Below, in pieces: positions 34,350-43,284 of a stretch of DNA of 54,448 nt (positions are counted from its first letter, which is position 1; the number at the start of each line of letters is the position of its first letter). The notes beneath the pieces were generated by a model. That model was not told the origin of the DNA, ran no database searches, and saw only the letters and a list, made by a program, of their open reading frames with translations. The stretch is from a virus, in the IMG/VR virus record IMGVR_UViG_3300045988_021759, positions 1 through 54,448 of that record. One strand, given 5' to 3'. Made by a program: the position numbers and the translations under genes.

Positions 34350-34694
34350 TCAAACAAATTCTTTCGGCGGGGTCTCGTAGGTCTCGCCGATTTTCTTCCA
34401 CAGGTGGAGGCAGTACGGATGGGTGTCAACGTACTGGCTGCGCGGCGGGTGGAACTGCACCACACATTCTTCCTCGTCCCAGAAGATGTCCTTGATAAGG
34501 CACATCTCGTCCCACGTCGGGCAGCGGCGCGGGAGGCTCACGCTGACGTGTTCCCAGCCGCCGCCCCACGATGCAACAATGCCCACAGTCTGCGGCTTAT
34601 ACTGTGGGTGGACGAGGTAGGCCATGAAGCCGTCCCAGCCCTCCCGCACGATCATCAGGCGATGGCTCTTCTTGATTTCTTCAATCGGGCGCAT
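34350..34694 (-). CDS. Conserved phage hypothetical protein (WEHVSVS...PTWDEM...LHLW)
   Basis: ATG at 34694 with GAAGGAG SD. Confidence 0.55.
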   Translation of the reverse strand: MRPIEEIKKSHRLMIVREGWDGFMAYLVHPQYKPQTVGIVASWGGGWEHVSVSLPRRCPTWDEMCLIKDIFWDEEECVVQFHPPRSQYVDTHPYCLHLWKKIGETYETPPKEFV

Positions 34695-35229
34695 TCGTTT
34701 CAACTCCTTCCAAAAACAGCAGCACTCCGGGCGCTGCAACGCGGATACGGTACTCTGCCAAATCCGCCGGGGTGATGTACTTTCGGCCGAACAGGCGCTT
34801 CATATCGCGCCAGACGGCCCACGGAACGCGGTAGAAGTATCTGCCACTGAAAGAACAGAGGACAAAGGCGATGCCGCCGAGCTTTTCAGTGCGGGTCAAG
34901 CGGGCTGCCTGTTCGGGCGTCACACGGTCGGCAGTCATGCGGTCGCTGTCCGTGTGCTTCGCCTCGAAATTGACTGCCTTGCCACCCCTGAGAACGCCCT
35001 TGTAGTCCGGCTGGGCCTGTTTGGTGTAACAGGCGATAAACCGGCCCGCACGGTCAGGACTTCCAATCGGCTTCATCGGTTCCGGGGTCTTTTCAACGTC
35101 CGCCAGACCGATGGAGCAGTAATACGCGCAAGCGCTGTTGATGATGTTCTCGAAACCTGCGCCCTCTACGCGGCTCCGTGCGCCGATGTAGCTGCGGCGA
35201 ATGCTCGCCGCCGTTCTAGGTCTATTCAT
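34681..35229 (-). CDS. recU: RecU-like Holliday junction resolvase
   Basis: ...PDYKGVLRGGKAVNFEAKHT...GGIAFVLCSF... matches the RecU D/E-x-K core layout. Confidence 0.65.
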   Translation of the reverse strand: MNRPRTAASIRRSYIGARSRVEGAGFENIINSACAYYCSIGLADVEKTPEPMKPIGSPDRAGRFIACYTKQAQPDYKGVLRGGKAVNFEAKHTDSDRMTADRVTPEQAARLTRTEKLGGIAFVLCSFSGRYFYRVPWAVWRDMKRLFGRKYITPADLAEYRIRVAAPGVLLFLEGVETNAPD

Positions 35230-35500
35230 CGTCGTCCTCCCACTTGATAGCCTGTCCGCACTGGCCGCAGAACACGTTCCGGGCCGTGTCGATGTTGTGC
35301 AGGTATTCACCGCTGCCGCAGTTAGGGCAAGCCAGAATACCCTTGTCGCCGTCCGGGTAAGGGCTGCGGGGAATGTGCAGCAGCAGGGCATCCCGGCCCA
35401 TCCTGCAAGCCTCGTTCACCGGCTCAATGCTCTTGTAATCCTCCCGGTGCGCCGGGTCGAGGATTTCCGCCGCGCGCTCAAGGGGCATTTCTTCACTCAT
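35222..35500 (-). CDS. Zinc-ribbon hypothetical protein
   Basis: CPNCGSG...CGQCG motif. Confidence 0.55.
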   Translation of the reverse strand: MSEEMPLERAAEILDPAHREDYKSIEPVNEACRMGRDALLLHIPRSPYPDGDKGILACPNCGSGEYLHNIDTARNVFCGQCGQAIKWEDDDE

Positions 35501-35657
35501 TGTCGCCCCTCCAATACTCCACGAAGTAGATCACGGCGGATTTGCCGTTGCGCTTTTCCTTGCCCATGCGGACGATATAGCCGTTCATCGACAGGACAAC
35601 GACCAGCGCCTTCCGGTCCTCCACCCTGTCGCAGTCGATCTTGTAATGCTGTGCCAT
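35493..35657 (-). CDS. Small hypothetical protein (54 aa, below the ORF-track cutoff)
   Basis: ATG at 35657 preceded by TAAGGAGGAC. Ends in ATGAGTGA, overlapping the next start. Confidence 0.5.
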   Translation of the reverse strand: MAQHYKIDCDRVEDRKALVVVLSMNGYIVRMGKEKRNGKSAVIYFVEYWRGDNE

Positions 35658-35667
35658 CTTGTCCTCC

Positions 35668-35967
35668 TTACTCCTTCAGGCAGCTGGCAGGCTGCTGGAG
35701 CCACTTCAGCGCTTCTTCCTCGGTCGGGACCCCATCCGCGCACATCTGGTTCACGACAATGGGGATAAGGCGCTTGGCCAGCTCTTCATCGTCCATGTCG
35801 CAGATGGCATCCGCAATGGTGTCCTCGTTATGGGGCATGATTTTCAGCGACAGTCTGACCACCGTGCCGTCCCTGCGCGTCCAACTGCTGATGATACCGG
35901 CACAGCCCAGCTTCTCGCAGGCTGTCAGCATGGTATCGCGAGCCTCTTCCAGAATTTTGTTGTCCAT
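35668..35967 (-). CDS. Hypothetical protein
   Basis: ATG at 35967 overlaps the upstream stop (TAATG). Confidence 0.5.
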   Translation of the reverse strand: MDNKILEEARDTMLTACEKLGCAGIISSWTRRDGTVVRLSLKIMPHNEDTIADAICDMDDEELAKRLIPIVVNQMCADGVPTEEEALKWLQQPASCLKE

Positions 35968-36191
35968 TACCGATACTCCTTTCCGGTGACCCTGTCCCGC
36001 AGCGGGATGCGGCCAATGATGTCGAAGCCGGACCACTCTGCGATCTGACGCAGCATCGGCACCAGAATGCTGATTTGCAGCAGCCGGGCGGCCTCTTTCT
36101 GGTATTCTTCCTTGCGGATGTTCCGCATCGCGGTGCCGGGAGTCGGGTCTGCATAGTGCTCGGCGTTCCGGCTCATGTTGTCATTGCTCAT
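35967..36191 (-). CDS. Hypothetical protein
   Basis: 74-aa ORF directly after the helicase-methylase gene. Confidence 0.5.
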   Translation of the reverse strand: MSNDNMSRNAEHYADPTPGTAMRNIRKEEYQKEAARLLQISILVPMLRQIAEWSGFDIIGRIPLRDRVTGKEYR

Positions 36192-36193
36192 GT

Positions 36194-38695
36194 TCAGGCT
36201 CCATTCTCCAGCAGGTCAAACAGGGTGGGTGCGTCCTTTTCGGCGTCTGCGGCCTCCAAATAGCCCACGCCGTCGCGGAAATAGTCAGGGTTCAACTCCA
36301 CGCCCTTTCCCTTACGGTTCATCTTCACCGCCTCATACGGCACCGTGAAAAGCCCTGCAAAGGGGTCAGCAACAAGTTCGCCCTCATTGCTGTACCGCTC
36401 AATCAGGCGCTGCACGATGTCGATCTGAAGCGGGCAGACGTGGAGGTTCTGCCGCCGCTGGCTCTGGGAGGTGTTGAGCGTTTTCATCCGCACAATGTCG
36501 TCCCAGACCGTCATATCCCATGAACCGGGTGCAACGACCATGAAGGTGCTCGGCAGCCGTCCGTCTTTGTCGAGGCTTTCTGCGAGTTTGACGTGCTCGC
36601 CGTAGTCGTAGACGCTGTCGCGGCTGAACTTCCGGTAGACGCTCTGGAGTTTGGAGGTCGGAATCTTCTCCAGCTCCTCCCTAGCAAAAGGCCTGTCGCC
36701 GCTGGAACGCCAAAACGCATGAGCGTCAATCTGCCACTGGGCGCGGGTGTATTCCTCTTTGGACTTCTTCACCGGCGTATCGGCATAGCCACGGCTGCAA
36801 TCGGTGGGCAGCTTGCGGAACAGCAAGATATACTCCGGGCAGCCGACGCCCATCTTGGTGCCGTCCTTGCACTGTTCCGTCCATCCGAGGCGGTAGGTCT
36901 GGTTATTCTCGCGCACAACGTCCGTGACCACGGTAATCATCCCGAAGTACGCGAACCCGTGCTTGCGGAAATGTTCGATGCAGTCCGCATGGAACGGCTC
37001 AATGGTGGGAGCTGCAAGGCCGGTGACGTTGGCGAACTCCACGCGATCTTTGACGTGGATTGCAGCTACTCGGCCGGGCTTCAAGGTGCGCAGCAGCTCC
37101 GGCGTCAGGAAATCCATTTGCTTGAAGAACTCACCGTCATCCGGGTTGTGCCCGAAATCGTTGTACGAGGGCGAATACTCGTAATGGTTGCCGAACGGGA
37201 TACTGGTCACATACAGGTCGATGCTGTCCGTCGGCCAGCTCCTGACCTCTTCTACGCAATCGTTGTTGATTGCTGTGTAGTTGTTACCTTTGACTTCCAC
37301 TCTCTCACATCCTATCGTTCTCTTTAAGACCTCCCGTGCAAGGCTGCCGAGGCCGTATTCTTTGATAATTTCTTCCATCTGCTCGCTGAGGGCATCGTAC
37401 TGTTTCCACTTCCGCTGGAGGGCCAGCAGCACCTCCGTTTCGGTGTCCATGTACAGGATGTCAATCACGCACGGCGACTTCTGGAGAAAGCGGTAAATGC
37501 GGTGAATGGCCTGAATAAAGTCGTTGAACTCATAGTCAATGCCCATGAAGATTGCCCGGTGGCAGAACCGCTGGAAGTTGCAACCAGAGCCGGACAGGCT
37601 TTTCTTCGTGCCGAAGATGCGGGTCTTGCCCTGCGCGAAGTCCATGACGCGCTGTTCGCGGGTTTCGAGATCCATGCTGCCGTAGATGTCCACCATCTCC
37701 GGGACGGCTTTTTTCAGGGCCTTGCGCTCGTCCTCCAAGTCATGCCAGACAACGAAGTGTTCATCCACCGGGGCCTCCGTGATGATGCGGGCCACCTCAG
37801 CGGCGCGGATGTCGATGCTGTCCCGCTTCTCTTTGGCTGCATCCTGCAAGCCCATCGCAGCATCATGGCCGAGCTTCATCTGGCCGTCGGCTTCAAATTC
37901 AGCGGGCCGGTCAAGGCTGGTCAGCTTGTGATACCGGATATCCAGCGGCGGCAGGGCGTAACCATCATCCGAGAATCCGAGGTCGGACGGCTTCTGAAGG
38001 AAAAGCCCCCAGCTGGCGCACCAAATCCAGAACTCCCGCTCGCGGCCCGGATAAAGGGTCAGGTTGTTCGCCTTGGTGCTGTCCCTCTTGAAAAAGCGGG
38101 TCAAACTCTGGCCGGTGTCCATAATTTCGAGGAACCCGGCGTAGTGAATCAGCTCTTTGTACCTGTTCGGGGACGGTGTGGCCGTGTTGGTCAGCTTATA
38201 CTTGACGCCCTTGAACTTCTGCATAAAGCTCTGATAGGTCTTGCTTCCGAAGCTGCGCAGCGTGGCAGCCTCGTCTAAACTGACCGCTGTGAAATGATGC
38301 GGGTCAATGTCGCCGTCTCTGACGCGCTCGTAGTTGGTCAGGACGATGGGGGCCGTGCTGGCCTCCACTTCGGCCATCGTGCGGCAGTATGGCGGCTCGT
38401 CCATGCCAAGCAGGTTCACGGCGTCGGCCTTGAACTCCGGCAGGACGTTCAGCGGCATCACAACGAGCGTCTGGCCGCCCTCGTGCTTCTGGAGCAGCCT
38501 GCACCATTCAAGCTGCATGATGGTCTTTCCCAGACCGAAGCGGGCGAAAATGCCACGGCGGCCCCCGCGCAGCGCCCACAGGACGCTCACGCGCTGGTGA
38601 TCTTTCAGCGCCGGGCTGACCTCGGCGGGGTCAATCTCGATACCGGACAGGGGCGCAATGTCGATTTTGCGCTCCAAAAACTCCTTGTATGTCAT
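36194..38695 (-). CDS. Fusion protein: SNF2/DEAD-like helicase N-terminus plus beta-class DNA (N6-A/N4-C) methyltransferase C-terminus
   Basis: FGLGKT (motif I) and SLDEAA (motif II). Methylase motif IV-like TSIPFGNHYEY precedes motif I-like VADPFAGLFT. Confidence 0.8.
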   Translation of the reverse strand: MTYKEFLERKIDIAPLSGIEIDPAEVSPALKDHQRVSVLWALRGGRRGIFARFGLGKTIMQLEWCRLLQKHEGGQTLVVMPLNVLPEFKADAVNLLGMDEPPYCRTMAEVEASTAPIVLTNYERVRDGDIDPHHFTAVSLDEAATLRSFGSKTYQSFMQKFKGVKYKLTNTATPSPNRYKELIHYAGFLEIMDTGQSLTRFFKRDSTKANNLTLYPGREREFWIWCASWGLFLQKPSDLGFSDDGYALPPLDIRYHKLTSLDRPAEFEADGQMKLGHDAAMGLQDAAKEKRDSIDIRAAEVARIITEAPVDEHFVVWHDLEDERKALKKAVPEMVDIYGSMDLETREQRVMDFAQGKTRIFGTKKSLSGSGCNFQRFCHRAIFMGIDYEFNDFIQAIHRIYRFLQKSPCVIDILYMDTETEVLLALQRKWKQYDALSEQMEEIIKEYGLGSLAREVLKRTIGCERVEVKGNNYTAINNDCVEEVRSWPTDSIDLYVTSIPFGNHYEYSPSYNDFGHNPDDGEFFKQMDFLTPELLRTLKPGRVAAIHVKDRVEFANVTGLAAPTIEPFHADCIEHFRKHGFAYFGMITVVTDVVRENNQTYRLGWTEQCKDGTKMGVGCPEYILLFRKLPTDCSRGYADTPVKKSKEEYTRAQWQIDAHAFWRSSGDRPFAREELEKIPTSKLQSVYRKFSRDSVYDYGEHVKLAESLDKDGRLPSTFMVVAPGSWDMTVWDDIVRMKTLNTSQSQRRQNLHVCPLQIDIVQRLIERYSNEGELVADPFAGLFTVPYEAVKMNRKGKGVELNPDYFRDGVGYLEAADAEKDAPTLFDLLENGA

Positions 38696-38723
38696 TTTGT
38701 GTGTTCATCTCCCATAGTTTCTT

Positions 38724-39068
38724 TTAGCGCGGCTTTTTAGGCAACGGCATCCAGACTGGAAGGTTATCCGGGAAGGCTGCCACCATATTCCACGGCCAAG
38801 CTGTTGTGTTCATGTCGCCGGGGTTTATGTTGATGCTCAGAACGCAGCCGTCCTCGTTTGCATCAGCCTCAGTCGGCGGCTCTTCTGCGGTCTTGCGCCA
38901 GCGCTGGGCATCCGGGACGACTGCCGGGGCATCTTCTACCAGTGCAATCTCGTCCGCAGCGTCGCACCAGCTCTTGCACTTTGCGCGGTCATACCCGCCG
39001 GGGCAGTCCTCGCAGCACTTCGCCTTGAACGCCTCCAGCAGCGGCCCGCGTTCGATGCAATCAGCCAT
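38724..39068 (-). CDS. DUF551-like protein
   Basis: C-terminal ...PVWMPLPKKPR. ATG at 39068 with GGAGGA SD. Confidence 0.5.
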   Translation of the reverse strand: MADCIERGPLLEAFKAKCCEDCPGGYDRAKCKSWCDAADEIALVEDAPAVVPDAQRWRKTAEEPPTEADANEDGCVLSININPGDMNTTAWPWNMVAAFPDNLPVWMPLPKKPR

Positions 39069-39435
39069 TTGTCGCATCCTCCATTTTGAACCCGCAGACC
39101 GGGCAGAAGTTCCAGACCCAGCCGTCGAAATCGCTCTGCGAGATTTTGGCCTTGCAGTTGGTACAGCAGATTGCCGGTTCCTCGTGGCTGTCGTTTTCGC
39201 CATCGACGATGATAAACTTCAGCTCTTTGTCCTTTACCCACTTGGCATGGCCGCGCAAGCTCTCCGGGTCGATGGTCGGCAGGTTGCTCAGGTCGCTCAG
39301 CGTGTCACTGATGCTCCCGCAATACAAGATGTCAGCGGCCTTACCCTTGGCTTCTTCTTCGGCGAGGTCTTGGCGCAGTTCTTCCTCCAGCTGCCCAATG
39401 TCGGCCAGCCGGACGGGCTTCTTGGTGTCACTCAT
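39061..39435 (-). CDS. Zinc-ribbon hypothetical protein
   Basis: CCTNC...CPVCG motif. Confidence 0.55.
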   Translation of the reverse strand: MSDTKKPVRLADIGQLEEELRQDLAEEEAKGKAADILYCGSISDTLSDLSNLPTIDPESLRGHAKWVKDKELKFIIVDGENDSHEEPAICCTNCKAKISQSDFDGWVWNFCPVCGFKMEDATNG

Positions 39436-39598
39436 GGGCGGCCTCCTTGTGGTTTACCTCTTCAGGCTTCAGCGTGGGTGCTGCGAAGATGCAGCTGATG
39501 GGCACGGCGTACACGTTCGCGCCGTTCTCTTCGCGGCAGTAGACAGCCTGTTTCAACAGCTCGTTGGCGTCAACAGGGCGAACGCTATTCTCAGCCAT
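39428..39598 (-). CDS. Small hypothetical protein (56 aa)
   Basis: Fills the gap in the operon. Overlapping start and stop on both sides (ATGAGTGA). Confidence 0.45.
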   Translation of the reverse strand: MAENSVRPVDANELLKQAVYCREENGANVYAVPISCIFAAPTLKPEEVNHKEAAHE

Positions 39599-39836
39599 CT
39601 TCTTTCATCTCCCATCCAATAAAATCGCAAATGCAGAGCTTTTCGGGGTCGCAGCGATGAAGCAGATTCAGACCCTCTCTCATTGCAGAGCCGCCCCGAA
39701 TCGGTGTGTATTCGTCGCCGTCCTTGAACATCTCCCGCAGCATCCATTCTGTCGTGGGCGACATCTTTTCGGCCTTGTCGGTCAGAACGGCCCCGCAGTT
39801 GCGGCACCTGTAAATCCCGGCCAGCTTTTTAGCCAT
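39591..39836 (-). CDS. Small Cys-rich hypothetical protein
   Basis: MAKKLAGIYRCRNCG... Start overlaps the upstream stop (ATGGCTAA). Confidence 0.5.
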   Translation of the reverse strand: MAKKLAGIYRCRNCGAVLTDKAEKMSPTTEWMLREMFKDGDEYTPIRGGSAMREGLNLLHRCDPEKLCICDFIGWEMKEDG

Positions 39837-39987
39837 TCGGCAGCACCTCCGTTTTCTCAATCTCGAACTTCTCCCGCTCCGGGTGGAAGCTCTTTGCAGC
39901 GTTGAGCGCGATGCTCTCCGCCTCTGCCTTGCTCCTTGCCTTGACCTCGTACCAGCCGAGGTCTGCAAAGATCACTTTGTATTTCAT
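39829..39987 (-). CDS. Small hypothetical protein (52 aa)
   Basis: ATG at 39987 preceded by AAGGAG. Confidence 0.45.
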   Translation of the reverse strand: MKYKVIFADLGWYEVKARSKAEAESIALNAAKSFHPEREKFEIEKTEVLPNG

Positions 39988-39989
39988 TG

Positions 39990-40274
39990 TCACTCCTTGT
40001 CCCTCCCGACAAAGACGCCTGAGAACAGGCGTTCTCCTATGGTGTAGTGATAATACCGGTGGCCCGCCGGAACGTCGTCTGCCGTGCCGTCTGCCGGTCT
40101 GAGTACCAGCGAATGGCCCGCGACCTGAACGACATACTCTCCGCCCTGCACAAGATGCTTCATCCAGCTTTCGGCGGGTGCAGCGTCCGCCCGGTTGCCG
40201 TCCATGCAGCAGACCGCCACAGCGGGCAGCGCCGGGGCCAGCATGGTGAAGAGCGAAAGCTGCTCAACGTCCAT
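39990..40274 (-). CDS. Hypothetical protein
   Basis: 94-aa ORF in the operon. Confidence 0.5.
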   Translation of the reverse strand: MDVEQLSLFTMLAPALPAVAVCCMDGNRADAAPAESWMKHLVQGGEYVVQVAGHSLVLRPADGTADDVPAGHRYYHYTIGERLFSGVFVGRDKE

Positions 40275-40461
40275 TGCAGTGGGTCACCTCCACCTTGCGG
40301 ATTTTGCGGACCGTGATAGTCCAAGCATCCGGCCAGCGGTCGCGGGCGTGGTAGATGCCTTGAATCGCTGCATCGCCTTCGTCGTCGGCCTCCAGCTTCA
40401 GCCAGTGGATTTCGTCCCTGCCGGGTGTATGGCACTCGACAGACACCTTGAACTTAGGCAT
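40264..40461 (-). CDS. Hypothetical protein
   Basis: 65-aa ORF. ATGCCTAA overlap with the upstream gene. Confidence 0.5.
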   Translation of the reverse strand: MPKFKVSVECHTPGRDEIHWLKLEADDEGDAAIQGIYHARDRWPDAWTITVRKIRKVEVTHCNGR

Positions 40462-41029
40462 TGGCAGCCTCCAATCTCGCCGGTTCCGGGCCGCAGCGCA
40501 GACGAGCAGCTTCCCGCGGCGCGGTCGTGATGTCCTCCCGCGACTGCTTCAGGAACTCGACCCGGCGATAGGTCAGGTCAGGCATCCGGGCCAGTTCTTC
40601 CAGCCCGCCGACGCTGCCGACATAGGACTTTGCCGCCGGGGGAAGCCCATCGAACAGAGCTTTCAGCTCTCCGGTGCCGTCGCTCCGCAGCAGCCCGCCT
40701 TTCTCGTCGATGCCGGTCACCATTGGGCAGGTGCGCCAGCTGATGTACTTCTGCGCCCTGTGCGCTGCATCCGCCAGCGCCACCCACTCGGCGTCCGGGT
40801 CGATGTTCTGGGACAGCTGCTTGAAGATGTCCGCCACCGTGATAGGATAAACGCACACACGGTTCGCTGCGAAGAACGCGCGTTTGACAACCTCACTGGG
40901 GTAGTCCTTGAACTGATACGCCCAGACGTCGATGGTGGTTTTCATCTCTTCGTCGGTCAGCGGCTTGGTTCCCAGCTTATACAGCGTCGCGTTCATCAAG
41001 ATCAGCTCCGCCGCCTCTTCCTTGGTCAT
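40454..41029 (-). CDS. Replication-associated protein (possible helicase-loader/G39P-like N-terminus)
   Basis: Follows the DnaD-domain gene. MTKEEAAELI... N-terminus. Weak assignment. Confidence 0.4.
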   Translation of the reverse strand: MTKEEAAELILMNATLYKLGTKPLTDEEMKTTIDVWAYQFKDYPSEVVKRAFFAANRVCVYPITVADIFKQLSQNIDPDAEWVALADAAHRAQKYISWRTCPMVTGIDEKGGLLRSDGTGELKALFDGLPPAAKSYVGSVGGLEELARMPDLTYRRVEFLKQSREDITTAPREAARLRCGPEPARLEAANA

Positions 41030-41844
41030 GTCTCAAAACCCCTTTCTTTGTCCATGTTGCCCAGTACGCGGGCCAGCTGGTCTCTCGTGCTTTCTGCGGG
41101 CTGCCGGGGGCTGCTACTCCTGCCGGTCGGCTGCCTGTTCTGCCATTGTTCATCGCTTGCAGCAACTCCCGCAGGGTTTTTGATGCCGTCTCGTTTCCAG
41201 CCTCTTAAAGTGCCGTCTACATACGTCCAGTTTCGTTTCCCGGCCTCAGCAGCTCTATCAATCGCCAGTAGAATCATGTCTGCACTGAACACATCCAGCC
41301 AACTCTTCAGCTTATAGCCAACAGAGGGAGGAAAGTCTCCGAACACCTCTTGGATGTGATTTGCGATTGATGCAAGGTCTTTGTCTACTGGTTCCGGCTT
41401 AACAACAGTAGTAGTAGTAATATCTGATACGTTAGTATCAGTTTGTACTTTGTACTTTGTACTTTGGTTTTTGTGGGTTTCGTTGGGTTCTTCATGGGTT
41501 TCCGTGGGTTTCTCTGAAAACCCATCGGTTTCTTTGGGTTCTTCTGAAAACCCATCGGTTTCTTTTGCTTTTCTAGGTCTGCCACCTTTGCGCCCATTTT
41601 GGCGGTTTGCCTCGATGGTGCGCTGATACGTTTTCGTGTTCTCGTCCAAAAACGGCCGCATAGCCTCGAACGCTATCTGTTCGATGGGTTCAAGTTCTTT
41701 CGGCTCTGTACCGCTTTTGACGTACTCGGCCATCGCAAAAAACACTCTGCGAAAAGCTGCATCATCAAGAACGTTCAGAAGTTTGAGCTTGTCAAACGGT
41801 ATCAGCAATCCTTTGGGGCGGGCAACCTCGATTTCGTCCGCCAT
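41026..41844 (-). CDS. DnaD-domain replication initiation protein
   Basis: C-terminal ...LLAIDRAAEAGKRNWTYVDGTLRGWKRDGI... DnaD-like motif. Internal KETDGFSE repeats. Confidence 0.7.
   Translation of the reverse strand: MADEIEVARPKGLLIPFDKLKLLNVLDDAAFRRVFFAMAEYVKSGTEPKELEPIEQIAFEAMRPFLDENTKTYQRTIEANRQNGRKGGRPRKAKETDGFSEEPKETDGFSEKPTETHEEPNETHKNQSTKYKVQTDTNVSDITTTTVVKPEPVDKDLASIANHIQEVFGDFPPSVGYKLKSWLDVFSADMILLAIDRAAEAGKRNWTYVDGTLRGWKRDGIKNPAGVAASDEQWQNRQPTGRSSSPRQPAESTRDQLARVLGNMDKERGFET
41400..41570. repeat. Iteron-like repeat cluster inside the DnaD-domain gene (candidate origin)
   Basis: (gta)x4; palindrome ctgatac-gtta-gtatcag; (tttgtac)x3; five gggtt(t)c copies; tctgaaaacccatcggtttc x2. 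Confidence 0.5.
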
Positions 41845-41873
41845 CGGCTCACCTCCTTTCTGCGGCAGATGAA

Positions 41874-42431
41874 TCAGAACGGCAGGTCGTCCGCGTCGGT
41901 TTCAATGATGCGGCTGTCGTCGTCATATTCGGGCGCAGCCGCCGGGGCCGGTTGTTTATCCGGTGCGGGTGCGGAAGCATTCTGCGGCGGCTCAGAGCCG
42001 GGGTCAAAGGGCGTTTCGCCGTCCACCGGCTCGAGGCCGTCCGGCTGATAGTGACCGGCATAGGCTGGCATGGTGGGAGCTTGCATCATGTCAATTGCTG
42101 TCTGAATCCATCGGGCAGTCACTGAGCCGTCCGGGAAGATGCCGTCGGCATCAAGATTCCAGTAGGTCTTGTCGCCGGATTCGTGGCTTTTCAGCTCCCG
42201 GCCAAAGGCCATGATGGCGTCGCCTTTCTGCAAAAGGCCGTCCCACTGCTCCAGATTGCGCCAGATGCAGCACTCAACAAAGAGGCTGTTCCACTTGCCG
42301 GATTCATCTTTGGTGCTGCTCGCCTTGACGCTGAGGCTCAAAAACCGGCTCCCTGACCGGGTTTCCTTGATTTCAGGCTCGCGGGACAGGGTGCCTAAAA
42401 CCTGCGTTCCTGTCTTGGTCTGGATAATCAT
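41874..42431 (-). CDS. ssb: Single-stranded DNA-binding protein
   Basis: OB-fold-like N-terminus, Pro/Ala-rich linker, acidic C-terminal tip ...DADDLPF. Confidence 0.8.
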   Translation of the reverse strand: MIIQTKTGTQVLGTLSREPEIKETRSGSRFLSLSVKASSTKDESGKWNSLFVECCIWRNLEQWDGLLQKGDAIMAFGRELKSHESGDKTYWNLDADGIFPDGSVTARWIQTAIDMMQAPTMPAYAGHYQPDGLEPVDGETPFDPGSEPPQNASAPAPDKQPAPAAAPEYDDDSRIIETDADDLPF

Positions 42432-43261
42432 TCGCCATCACCCTCAAACGGATCTTTGTCACTCTCGGTGACCTCAACGGCCAGCGGCGCGGGTTCTTCC
42501 TTGGGGGCCTTGTTGAGTTTGCGGCGGCGCATAGAGCCGTCAGGCTGCTCGCCGCCGTCCTCGACCTCGCGGAAATCGGCCTCCACGTCTGCGTTGACCT
42601 CGCTGACGTCGTACAGGCCACCAAAGGTAGAGGGGAACGCCTCGCGCAGAGCGTGGACAAGCGCCACCTTGCGAATCATAGTTGCCTTTTTGCCGCTCCA
42701 GAGGGACTTGCCGGTGTCGTACTCGGAGAGTTTGACTTCCTCATAGCTGGGATGGCTGCGGTCCTTGCGGTAGACTTTGGCCCAACCGCCCAGCAGCTCC
42801 TCGTCCTGATAGACGATGGAGCCTTCACGGTGTACCAGCTCGCCAACGTCTTTGATGAACACGATAACGCCAGCCTCGAAGCCATCATACTGAGGATGAT
42901 TTTCAGCCATCTTCAGGTAACAGGTCTTGCCCAGCACGATGGTGGAGGACGAATCGCTGTTCTTGTTGTCGTAGTGGATAAGGTACGCCTCGCGGGTAAA
43001 GGGGTTGAGGTGGTACTGACGGCAGGTTTCGAGGAAGATGCGGCATTCAGTCGGCGTTGCATCTTTGCAGATGAAGTTCTTCACATCGTCAAAGCTGACG
43101 ATAAGGTGCTGGCCGTCCATGCTGTCGATCTCGACCGGGGCCGATTCGGCGGCGGGCTGCATGGCCGTGTTCTGCTGCTGAACCTGAGCGGCGAAAGAAC
43201 GGCCCTGCGTGGTAGGGGTAGTGGTGGGTGCTGCTGCACCAGCGCGTGAAGTGAATCCCAT
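42428..43261 (-). CDS. recT: RecT/Bet-family single-strand annealing protein
   Basis: ...HLNPFTREAYLI...GKKATMIRKVALVHALREAFP... pattern. Adjacent to ssb. Confidence 0.7.
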   Translation of the reverse strand: MGFTSRAGAAAPTTTPTTQGRSFAAQVQQQNTAMQPAAESAPVEIDSMDGQHLIVSFDDVKNFICKDATPTECRIFLETCRQYHLNPFTREAYLIHYDNKNSDSSSTIVLGKTCYLKMAENHPQYDGFEAGVIVFIKDVGELVHREGSIVYQDEELLGGWAKVYRKDRSHPSYEEVKLSEYDTGKSLWSGKKATMIRKVALVHALREAFPSTFGGLYDVSEVNADVEADFREVEDGGEQPDGSMRRRKLNKAPKEEPAPLAVEVTESDKDPFEGDGE

Positions 43262-43284
43262 AATTGACCTCCTGATGATGTAAA

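Noticed and set aside
34641-34665. A third CUGAUGA box (minus strand of atcatcaggcg) as a possible hammerhead
   Set aside because: It lies inside a coding sequence (HRLMIVREGW). There is no stem II, no GAAA, and no stem III/UH arrangement downstream.
41440-41570. Short tandem repeats considered as a CRISPR array
   Set aside because: The units are 7-30 bp, contiguous or irregular, lack unique spacers of uniform length, and lie in frame within a coding gene. They are interpreted as iterons or a linker repeat instead.
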